NCBI GenBank assembly: GCA_963735035.1
Contig: CAVTJJ010000004.1
Span: 416,001-480,000 of the forward strand
Reading direction: 5' to 3'
Length of the DNA stretch: 64,000 bases
Origin: an uncultured candidate division Zixibacteria bacterium
GTDB taxonomy: Bacteria > Zixibacteria > MSB-5A5 > GN15 > FEB-12
The notes under the pieces are model-generated. The model saw nothing but the letters and a program-made list of their open reading frames with translations, was not told where the DNA came from and made no database searches. Made by a program: the position numbers and the translations under genes. Positions 54,427 to 62,390 of the stretch are shown one piece after another (within the stretch, counting starts at the first letter, position 1; the number at the start of each line of letters is the position of its first letter).

Positions 54427-54714
54427 GATTCCCTCCTATGTCGTTCCCGTTTTCGATACCCCTGCATTACTCTGATCACTATGCGACCACACATCTGAAA
54501 CCCCGGTCTCCGGGCTATCATCCTTGTTCCTCAGATTCTGCCGCTAATTGGAGACAACCTTCCTGCCTTACTATACACCCCTTTCTGCAGCCTGCCAAGC
54601 GAATAACCGCGTCGTGGGCCTACAATAGTCTGACAAATCTCCCTATTGCCTCGGAGTATCTCGAATTGTATCTTCATCGATCCGGTAACTCGCCTCTTTT
54701 GAAGGATTGACGCA

Positions 54715-56114
54715 ATGGACTACAAAATTCGAACCAAAGTTTCCCGCATACTGATCGATGACGCCGTCCCGGCGGATACGGCTATTACTGTTCTTGGCTG
54801 GGTCAAGACGGTCAGGGTATCCAAGGCCGTGGCTTTTGTCGAGATCAACGACGGCTCCTGCATGGGGAATCTTCAGGCGGTTGTGGCCGATCCAGACAAA
54901 TACCCGGTGCTGGAAAAGTTGCTCACCGGGGCGTCGGTGCGGGTCAAAGGGAAATTGGTGGCGTCGCAGGGCCAGGGCCAGAAATACGAACTGGCGGTCG
55001 AGACCCTCGATCTGATCGGCGAGGCCGACCCGACCTATCCGCTTCAGAAGAAACGCCACACGTTTGAATATCTTCGCGAGATCGCCCATCTCCGGCCGCG
55101 CACCAATACGTTCGGGGCGGTCGGCCGGATGCAGCTCCAAGATCGCCTACGCCATTCACAAGTACTATCAGGAACGCGGGTTCTTCTATGTCCATACGCC
55201 GATGATTACGGCGTCGGACTGCGAAGGAGCCGGCGATATGTTCCGCGTGACCACGCTCGATCTGGACAACATCCCGCGCAAGGAAGGCAAGATCGATTGG
55301 GACGCTGATTTCTTCGCCTCGGAAACGTACCTGACCGTGTCGGGGCAGCTCGAGGGCGAGCTGATGGCGACTGCGCTGGGGGATATCTACACGTTCGGGC
55401 CGACTTTCCGCGCCGAGAACTCCAACACCAGTCGCCATGCCTCGGAGTTCTGGATGATCGAGCCGGAGATGGCCTGGGCGGAGATCGATGACAACATGGA
55501 TCTGGCCGAGGATTTCCTGAAATACCTGTTCCGGTTTGCGCTCGAAGAATGCGCCGACGACATGGCGTTCTTCAACCAGTGGGTGGACAAAGATGTCATT
55601 CGGACGCTCGAGAGCGTGGTCAATTCGCAGTTCGAGCGGATCACTTATACGCAGGCGATTGACATTCTCAACAAGTCGGGCGAGAAGTTTGAGTACCCGA
55701 CCGAATGGGGCTCAGATCTTCAGAGCGAACACGAACGCTTCCTGACCGAGAAGAAAATCGGGCGACCGGTAATAGTGTCCGACTATCCCGGAGAAGATCA
55801 AGTCGTTCTATATGAGAATGAACGAGGACGGCAAGACGGTCGCCGCGATGGATGTGCTGGTGCCGAAAGTGGGCGAGATCATCGGCGGGTCACAGCGCGA
55901 GGAACGCTACGACGTGCTCATGGACCGGATCAAGGCGAAGGGGATGACCGGCATGGAGAACTACTACTGGTATACTGATATTCGTCGCTGGGGTTCGGTG
56001 CCGCACGCCGGGTTCGGACTGGGGTTCGAACGCGCGATGATGTACATCACGGGCATTTCGAATATCCGCGATATCCTGACTTTCCCGCGAGTTCCGCGGT
56101 GGGCGAAGTTCTAG
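54715..56114 (+). CDS. asnS: Asparagine--tRNA ligase, two apparent +1 frameshifts
   Basis: [75 protein letters not shown]. Shifts near 55132 and 55787. Confidence 0.96.
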
Positions 56115-56128
56115 GTTGGGTCTATGGT

Positions 56129-56188
56129 GGTTGGTGTACGTCCTCGTGCACCAACCTGTCTTGTAGGGCAGGTCCGCTTCGAACCTGC
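56129..56188. repeat. Two REPs at the left edge of the CRISPR cassette
   Basis: GGTTGGTGTACGTCCTCGTGCACCAACC, and GTCTTGTAGGGCAGGTCCGCTTCGAACCTGC which matches 41025-41055 with compensatory stem changes. Confidence 0.7.
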
Positions 56189-56198
56189 ACTTCCACAC

Positions 56199-56308
56199 AA
56201 GAAAAGACGCCCGTTCTGGACGGGCGTCAAGGGTGCTCCGTAGAGCAAAACCTTCGAGACGGTTGTCTCTTACTGAGACTTGACTAACAACCGCCGCTTG
56301 AGTACATT
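56199..56308 (-). ncRNA. tracrRNA
   Basis: Minus strand: 37-nt anti-repeat AATGTACTCAAGCGGCGGTTGTTAGTCAAGTCTCAGT, nexus-like GAGAC-AACC-GTCTC, hairpin AAGG..TGCTC-TACG-GAGCA.CCTT, terminator GACGCCCGT-CCAGA-ACGGGCGTC-TTTTCTT. Confidence 0.9.
56280..56308 (+). promoter_or_regulatory. Predicted cas9 promoter inside the anti-repeat
   Basis: TTGACT-17 nt-TACATT, ending 45 nt before the cas9 ATG. RBS AAGGGGA at 56342-56348. Confidence 0.6.
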
Positions 56309-56314
56309 ACTGGC

Positions 56315-56343
56315 TAAATACACTACGTTCGACCACCTGTCAA
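56315..56343 (-). promoter_or_regulatory. Predicted tracrRNA promoter
   Basis: TTGACA-17 nt-TATTTA (imperfect -10). Predicted +1 falls at the first base of the anti-repeat (about 56308). Confidence 0.5.
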
Positions 56344-56353
56344 GGGGAAATAC

Positions 56354-59300
56354 ATGAACCACGACAACGGTGAATCCAAACATCTGGGAATCGACCTTGG
56401 CCCAAATTCCATCGGGTGGGCGTTGGTTGAAGCGCCAGACAACAATACTCATCAGCTTGTCGTATCGGGTGTTCGCGTCTTTGAAGCGGGACTTGATAAA
56501 CTAGAATCCGACGGCAAAGGGGAATCCCGCAATGTCGCCCGACGTGCCGCGCGTCAGTCGAGGCGGGGAATTGAAAGAAGAGGCAGAAGGCTCACAAAAA
56601 TAGCCAACATTCTGCAGCGAGCGGGCCTTTTACCTGAAGGTGATCTGACCGACAGCGAGATCAGGCACAAGATATTGACGGAGCTTGATCTCAAGGTGGG
56701 CAATCCATACTCACTTCGTGCGCGTGCCCTTGATGAGAAATTGTCCAAACACGAACTCGGTCGCGCCTTGTTCCATTTGGCGCAAAGACGCGGCTTCCTC
56801 AGTAACCGCAAATCGGCGCCCAAGAAAGACGACGAGACTGGCAAAGTCAAAGCAGGTATAAGCCAGTTGAAGAAAGATATTGAAGCGTCTGGCTCGCGCA
56901 CACTCGGCGAGTATTTCAGTCGCATAGATCCGTTTCAACACCGGATACGGACGCACTACACGCATCGCTCGATGTATGAGCATGAGTTCAATCTCATCTG
57001 CGAGTCACAGAGTCGTTTTCATGCAGATGTATTGACAGATGATCTTAGAAAGATTCTTCACAAGGCGATCTTCTTTCAGCGGCCGCTCAAGAGCCAATCG
57101 CATCTGATTGGCAAATGCGAACTGGAACCGAAATACCGCCGCGCCCCTTGGGCGTTGCTCTGTGCCCAGCAATTCCGGTATCTGCAAACAATCAACAATC
57201 TGCGAGTGCTTGATGTCCCGAACCGCGAATTTCCGGAGTTGACCCCGGCCGAGCAATTCGCATTGGCAGAAAGGCTGGAATATCAGGAAGAGATGACTTT
57301 CGGTGCGGCGCGCAAGTTGTTGAACCTGCCCAAAACAAGCAAATTCAGCATTGAATTGGGCGGCGAGAAGAAGATCAAAGGCAACAGGACTGCGGCCTGC
57401 CTTGCCAAGATATTCGGCCTGGAGCGATGGCAAGCCATGACATCGGAAGAGCGCGACGCGGTGGTGGAAGACTGGCGAAGCATTGTCAAGGAAGAGACGC
57501 TCAAGAAACGCGGCATGAACAAATGGGGTCTTGACGAAGTCGCCGCAGAAGAACTGAGCCACCTGAATCTTGAAGAGGGCTATTGCTCAATGTCGCGTCA
57601 GGCTATCGCAAAACTACTGCCGCGACTTAGCTGTGGTGAAGCCCTGCAAACCGCTATCAAAACCGTGTACCCGGAACGCTTTGAACGCGTTGGTGCGGCT
57701 GTTGATACCCTGCCTCCAGTACGGGAATACTTCCCCTCGTTGCGGAACCCAATAGTGGAACGCGCTCTTACGGAATTGCGGCAAGTAGTGAACGCCATTG
57801 TTCGCGAGCATGGAAGACCCGCCGTGATTCGAGTTGAGCTGGCACGCGAACTGAAACAGCCGGCGAAGAGTCGCGAGGATACTATCAAGCGGATGCGCGC
57901 CAACGAAAAAGACCGGGCGAAGGCGGCGGAAAGAATACTTGAGGAAGCGAGAATCGCCAATCCGTCTCGGAGTGATATCCTCAGGGTTTTGTTGGCTGAG
58001 GAATGTGAGTGGACTTGCCCTTACACCGGCAGGCATTTCGGTATGACTGAAATCGTCGGAGATTCGCCGCAATTCGATATCGAGCATATCATCCCGCTCC
58101 ATAGGTGCCTTGACGACTCTTACATGAACAAGACCCTCTGCTATGCCGACGAAAACCGAAACCGCAAACGTGATCGAACTCCGTTTGAGGCCTACGCAGG
58201 CACCCCACAGTGGGATGAAGTTGTCGCACGGGTAGGAAAGTTCAAGGGCACGGCGGCAAGAGCCAAGCTGCAGCGCTTTCAGATGAAGCCTGAGGAGGTT
58301 GGGGCGTTGCTCGACAATTTTACTTCCCGGCAGTTAAACGATACCGCTTATGCCTCCCGAATGGCGAAGGAATATCTCGGACTTCTATTCGGCGGTCAGG
58401 ACAGCGACGGCATTGATGCCTCCAGTCATCGTCGCGTGCAGTGTACCAACGGCCAGGTCACAGCTTTTCTGCGCAATGTCTGGAGCCTCAACAGCATTCT
58501 TGGCGACGGACCCCGCAAGACCCGCGACGACCACCGCCATCACGCTGTTGACGCCGTCGTGGTCGCCCTGACCGATGCCGGCGCGGTCAAACGTCTGAGC
58601 GACGCGGCTTCTCGGGCCAAAATCGAGCGGCGGCGGCAGTTCGGCAAGGTGCCCCTACCGTGGGAGACATTCGATCAGGATGTTCGGCAGAGCATCGACA
58701 ACCTGGTCGTTTCGCACCGGCTCGATCACCGGGTAAGAGGTGCGTTTCACGAGCAGACTTTTTATGGTCGCCCAAGCCTCGGAGACGATGGCAAGCAGTA
58801 CGTACACACTAGGAAGCCGATTGAGAGAATCTCAGCCAAGGACATCAAAGACATTGCCGACAAGGCGGTGCGTGAATGTATCGAAAAGGCGCTCAGTGTC
58901 CTGGGGCAATCGAATCCTGCTGATGCTTTCAAAGACCCGGCCAGTCATCCGATCCTCAGCGGTGGAAACGACACCAGCAGGCCGATTCATCGGGTGCGAT
59001 TGAAGTCCTCTCTGAGGACTTTCGAGATCGGTTCCGGGCATCGTTTGAGGCATGTGGTACCAGACCGCAACCACCACATGGAGGTCGTGGAATTGCTCGA
59101 TGATAATGGGAACACCACCGGTTGGGAAGGGCATGTCGTTGATCTGTTTGAGGCGCGCCGTCGACTCGACCGGCGTGAACCGGTCATCAAGAAAGACCAC
59201 GGGTCGGGGAAATGCTTTCTATTTTCTCTGGCCAACGGCAACGTTATTGAATTGGACCAAGACGATGGTTCTCGTGGACTTTGCATCGTCCGAACCATCG

Positions 59301-59461
59301 AGACAAGTTCCAATATTAGGTGGGTTAGTATAAGAGATGCCCGGAAGTTGGCTGGTCGATCTAAAGCCGGTGAGACGGCTCGGCCGGATCCACTCCGAAA
59401 GAAGAACTGCTGCAAAGTAACAGTCGATCCGCTCGGCCGAGTCCGGCGAGCGCGTGATTAG
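56354..59461 (+). CDS. cas9: Type II-C CRISPR endonuclease Cas9 (1035 aa)
   Basis: RuvC-I LGIDLGPNSIGWA, Arg-rich bridge helix, HLAQRRGFLSNRK, RuvC-II IRVELARE, HNH FDIEHIIP..DDSYMNKTLC...N, QLNDTAY, RuvC-III DHRHHAVDA, C-terminal KVTVDPLG. Confidence 0.98.
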   Translation: MNHDNGESKHLGIDLGPNSIGWALVEAPDNNTHQLVVSGVRVFEAGLDKLESDGKGESRNVARRAARQSRRGIERRGRRLTKIANILQRAGLLPEGDLTDSEIRHKILTELDLKVGNPYSLRARALDEKLSKHELGRALFHLAQRRGFLSNRKSAPKKDDETGKVKAGISQLKKDIEASGSRTLGEYFSRIDPFQHRIRTHYTHRSMYEHEFNLICESQSRFHADVLTDDLRKILHKAIFFQRPLKSQSHLIGKCELEPKYRRAPWALLCAQQFRYLQTINNLRVLDVPNREFPELTPAEQFALAERLEYQEEMTFGAARKLLNLPKTSKFSIELGGEKKIKGNRTAACLAKIFGLERWQAMTSEERDAVVEDWRSIVKEETLKKRGMNKWGLDEVAAEELSHLNLEEGYCSMSRQAIAKLLPRLSCGEALQTAIKTVYPERFERVGAAVDTLPPVREYFPSLRNPIVERALTELRQVVNAIVREHGRPAVIRVELARELKQPAKSREDTIKRMRANEKDRAKAAERILEEARIANPSRSDILRVLLAEECEWTCPYTGRHFGMTEIVGDSPQFDIEHIIPLHRCLDDSYMNKTLCYADENRNRKRDRTPFEAYAGTPQWDEVVARVGKFKGTAARAKLQRFQMKPEEVGALLDNFTSRQLNDTAYASRMAKEYLGLLFGGQDSDGIDASSHRRVQCTNGQVTAFLRNVWSLNSILGDGPRKTRDDHRHHAVDAVVVALTDAGAVKRLSDAASRAKIERRRQFGKVPLPWETFDQDVRQSIDNLVVSHRLDHRVRGAFHEQTFYGRPSLGDDGKQYVHTRKPIERISAKDIKDIADKAVRECIEKALSVLGQSNPADAFKDPASHPILSGGNDTSRPIHRVRLKSSLRTFEIGSGHRLRHVVPDRNHHMEVVELLDDNGNTTGWEGHVVDLFEARRRLDRREPVIKKDHGSGKCFLFSLANGNVIELDQDDGSRGLCIVRTIETSSNIRWVSIRDARKLAGRSKAGETARPDPLRKKNCCKVTVDPLGRVRRARD

Positions 59462-59476
59462 CCTGCCCAAACCATA

Positions 59477-59967
59477 AATGTACTCAAGCGGCGGTTCGTG
59501 TCAAGCCCCAGCTGTCTCTACCTTCTCACGCCGTGGGGCGTAAATGTACTCAAGCGGCGGTTAGCTGTCAAGTCCCAGCTGGACTACGTATTGATTGCCC
59601 TGTTGCTGGAATGTACTCAAGCGGCGGTTAGTGTCAAGTCCCAGCGCCGTGGGGCGTACAGGCGCAATCGTCAAAATGTACTCAAGCGGCGGTTCGCGTC
59701 AAGTCCCAGCTCAGTACGTATTCCATGATTAAGTCCTTTCAATGTACTCAAGCGGCGGTTCGCATCAAGTCCCAGCGCAGTCGGTGGGCTGATTCGGTAT
59801 CTACCAATGTACTCAAGCGGCGGTTCACGTCAAGTCCCAGCTCACCGTTCACCTGTCCGCTACCTAGTCGAATGTACTCAAGCGGCGGTTTGCGTCAAGT
59901 CCAGCCGACTTGAAGGGATCAGTTATGACCAACGCAATGTACTCAAGCGGCGGTTCGCGTCAAGTCC
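59477..59967 (-). CRISPR. CRISPR array, 8 repeats (about 36 nt) and 7 spacers (29-30 nt)
   Basis: Plus-strand repeat AATGTACTCAAGCGGCGGTTnnnnTCAAGTCCCAGC at 59477, 59543, 59610, 59675, 59741, 59806, 59871 and 59936 (last truncated). Minus orientation inferred from tracrRNA complementarity and the 3' -10 box typical of II-C. Confidence 0.97.
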
Positions 59968-60068
59968 GCCTGACCTACGATTATCCCATTGAACCGCTTC
60001 GCTTCAGCCTCTTTTGGCCCCCTCAAACAATTCTAAATCCTACCCCTCGCTTTGCCGATATAAGAGAC

Positions 60069-60869
60069 ATGGGCTACAAGTCTGACTTACGCCAGGTCCT
60101 GATTGCTGTCTTCGGGCTCGCTCTGAGCGCGCTCGTGATCGGCTGCAATGGCGCGCCGACCAAGAGCAGCAACGAGGACAAATACCGCGTCGACGGTCTG
60201 GTTGTACAGAACCTGAACGTCGACACGGCGTTCATTGCCGCCCGATTCGCCCGCAACGACACCTCGATTACCAACGCCTCGATCAAACTCGCCGGTACGC
60301 CTCTGGGCTATTTCGCGTCGCTTCGAGGCATCCTCGCGGCCTATCAGTCCTGGCTGAAACCGGCAGATTCGCTGGCGGGATCAAGTGTCTATCTTCGTGT
60401 CGCCGACGCCAGTCGCTTCACTGATAGTCTGCCGCTGGGTATCGTAGGCACTTTCGGCCTGACCGACAACTTCCAGCCGCCCAACCATCATCTCCAGGGT
60501 ATGACTAATTATGTCTCTCTGGAATGGACCGCGGCCGCCAACGCGGATAGCTACGTGCTAGCCGCCGTCAAGACGTCACTGGTCGGCACCGGAGCAGGCT
60601 ACAGCGCCCAGGTGACAGCGACCGGCGTGGCCGGAACTATTCCCGCGGATGCCTTCATGAATCCAAGCACCAACCTTCCCGACACCGGGCTTTACAATAT
60701 CTATGTATATGCCTTCAACGACGCCCCCGACTCGGCTTTAGCGACCAAACTCCTGCCGGTGCCGTGGCCAATTCAGGTGACCGAGAATATCGCTCGAACG
60801 TCTCTGAAGGGTCGGTTCGGGTCTATCACCGTGGCGCTCAAGGACACGGTTCGGGTGCTCGCTCAGTAG
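60069..60869 (+). CDS. Hypothetical lipoprotein
   Basis: MGYKSDLRQVLIAVFGLALSALVIGC lipobox. The true start is downstream of the array. Confidence 0.75.
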   Translation: MGYKSDLRQVLIAVFGLALSALVIGCNGAPTKSSNEDKYRVDGLVVQNLNVDTAFIAARFARNDTSITNASIKLAGTPLGYFASLRGILAAYQSWLKPADSLAGSSVYLRVADASRFTDSLPLGIVGTFGLTDNFQPPNHHLQGMTNYVSLEWTAAANADSYVLAAVKTSLVGTGAGYSAQVTATGVAGTIPADAFMNPSTNLPDTGLYNIYVYAFNDAPDSALATKLLPVPWPIQVTENIARTSLKGRFGSITVALKDTVRVLAQ

Positions 60870-60934
60870 CTTCCAGGCTTCAGGGCTTATTGGAAGAAGT
60901 CTCCTCAAGTCACTTTCATGCATTTGCTATATCA

Positions 60935-61050
60935 GCCGGCAGATGTGGGCATCTGCCGGGCACCTGGTGAGAATCGCTGTCGGGCAGATGTGGGCCCGCC
61001 GCGGCGGGCCGGGCACTAGTCAGGCATCTGCAAGTCATCTGCCGGGCGCT
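60935..61050. repeat. REP cluster
   Basis: CCGGCAGATGTGGGCATCTGCCGGGCAC and degenerate copies. Confidence 0.65.
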
Positions 61051-61109
61051 AGTTCTTCCCAATCCGCATTTTAGTTGCCCGTACGGATCGTCACCGATAG
61101 GTTCGTTTC

Positions 61110-62045
61110 ATGGCGGACATGAACGAACTTATCAGCCGATTACGGCAGCTCGATACCGAAAAGGTCAATCCGAACACGGTCGATATCGATCGACTGTCAC
61201 CCGTCGAAATCGCGCGTAAGATAAATGCCGAGGACAAGACGGTTGCAACTGTAGTCGAAGCTGCTCTTGAGCCGTTAGCGAGTGCGGCGCAAGTCTTTGC
61301 CGAAACCCTCAAGAACGGCAAGCGAGTCTTCTATGTCGGCGCGGGGACTTCCGGGCGGTTGGGGGTGCTCGACGCCGCCGAATGTCCGCCGACTTTCGGT
61401 ACCGATCCCAAACAGATAATAGGCTTGATCTCGGGCGGGTACGAGACCTTGATCCTCTCCAAAGAAGGGGTTGAAGACGATGTTCGAGCGGCTGTTGTGG
61501 ACCTTCAGTCTCACCATCTGGCTACGGGCGATTTCGTGATCGGGCTGGCTGCCTCCACTCGAACCCCGTACACGCTTTCGGCTTTGCGATACGCCAAGAC
61601 CTGTGGCTGCCGGACCGCGTTCATCGTATGCAATCTCGCGGGTGGAATAGAAATCAGACCGGACATACTTATAGAATTGCCGGTGGGACCGGAAGCCATT
61701 ACCGGTTCGACTCGTATGAAATCGGGCACGGCCGAGAAGATGGCGCTGAACATCATTTCTACCACCGCCATGGTGCTCTTGGGGAAGACCTACGGAAATC
61801 TGATGGTTGATCTTCAGGCGCGCTCCGAAAAGCTGGCGGCAAGATCACGCAAGATTCTTATCGAGCTGCTGCAAGTCGATCTGCCCAAGGCCGAGGAACT
61901 GCTGCAGCTTTCCGGTGGATCGGTCAAACTGGCGATAGTTATGCACTGGCAGAAATGCGACCGGGCCGAAGCGGAGAAGCGCCTGGCGCAAGCGGGGGGG
62001 TTCATTTCGCGATTGACCAAAGTGCCGCCGGCACAATTGCCCTGA
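61110..62045 (+). CDS. murQ: N-acetylmuramic acid 6-phosphate etherase
   Basis: TEKVNP, GAGTSGRLGVLDAAECPPTFG, GPEAITGSTRMKSGTA, GNLMVD. Confidence 0.96.
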   Translation: MADMNELISRLRQLDTEKVNPNTVDIDRLSPVEIARKINAEDKTVATVVEAALEPLASAAQVFAETLKNGKRVFYVGAGTSGRLGVLDAAECPPTFGTDPKQIIGLISGGYETLILSKEGVEDDVRAAVVDLQSHHLATGDFVIGLAASTRTPYTLSALRYAKTCGCRTAFIVCNLAGGIEIRPDILIELPVGPEAITGSTRMKSGTAEKMALNIISTTAMVLLGKTYGNLMVDLQARSEKLAARSRKILIELLQVDLPKAEELLQLSGGSVKLAIVMHWQKCDRAEAEKRLAQAGGFISRLTKVPPAQLP

Positions 62046-62135
62046 CGAAAATTCAACTGTCATCCAGGTGCAGTCAGGCATCTCGCTACGAGATGCCCAA
62101 CCACACAGATCCGGTCTCAAAGATTCAAGCCGCTA

Positions 62136-62330
62136 CTAGCAGCACTTGGCGTTGTCAGAGCCACCGCAGCAGGACTGCATCTTCTCTTTGATCCGCTTGA
62201 CCTTCTCCGGGTCGTTGCTGGTCAGATTGATACAGATACCGCCGTCAGTCTCTTCAACCTTGCAGGACAGTCCTTCGCACATGTTCTCGGCGGACGTCCC
62301 ACAGCAGATGGTTACTTTCTTCTCAGTCAT
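62136..62330 (-). CDS. Small cysteine-rich protein (64 aa, 9 Cys)
   Basis: AAAGGAG RBS, three CC pairs, directly downstream of an ArsR gene. Confidence 0.7.
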   Translation of the reverse strand: MTEKKVTICCGTSAENMCEGLSCKVEETDGGICINLTSNDPEKVKRIKEKMQSCCGGSDNAKCC

Positions 62331-62390
62331 GATACTTCGCTCCTTTCATAGATGAATAGGTTAATGTCTATATGACCGGTCACAAAAAAA

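Noticed and set aside
54715..56114. asnS as a pseudogene or programmed frameshift
   Set aside because: Coding sequence is otherwise conserved, no slippery site is evident, and the same +1 pattern occurs in unrelated genes.
56354..59461. Cas9 as nuclease-dead or as IscB
   Set aside because: Catalytic RuvC and HNH motifs look intact, and the size, REC lobe and tracrRNA/array fit II-C Cas9.
59498..60068. ORFs across the CRISPR array and the long 5' extension of the 59910 ORF
   Set aside because: Chance read-through of repeats. The lipoprotein signal begins at ATG 60069.
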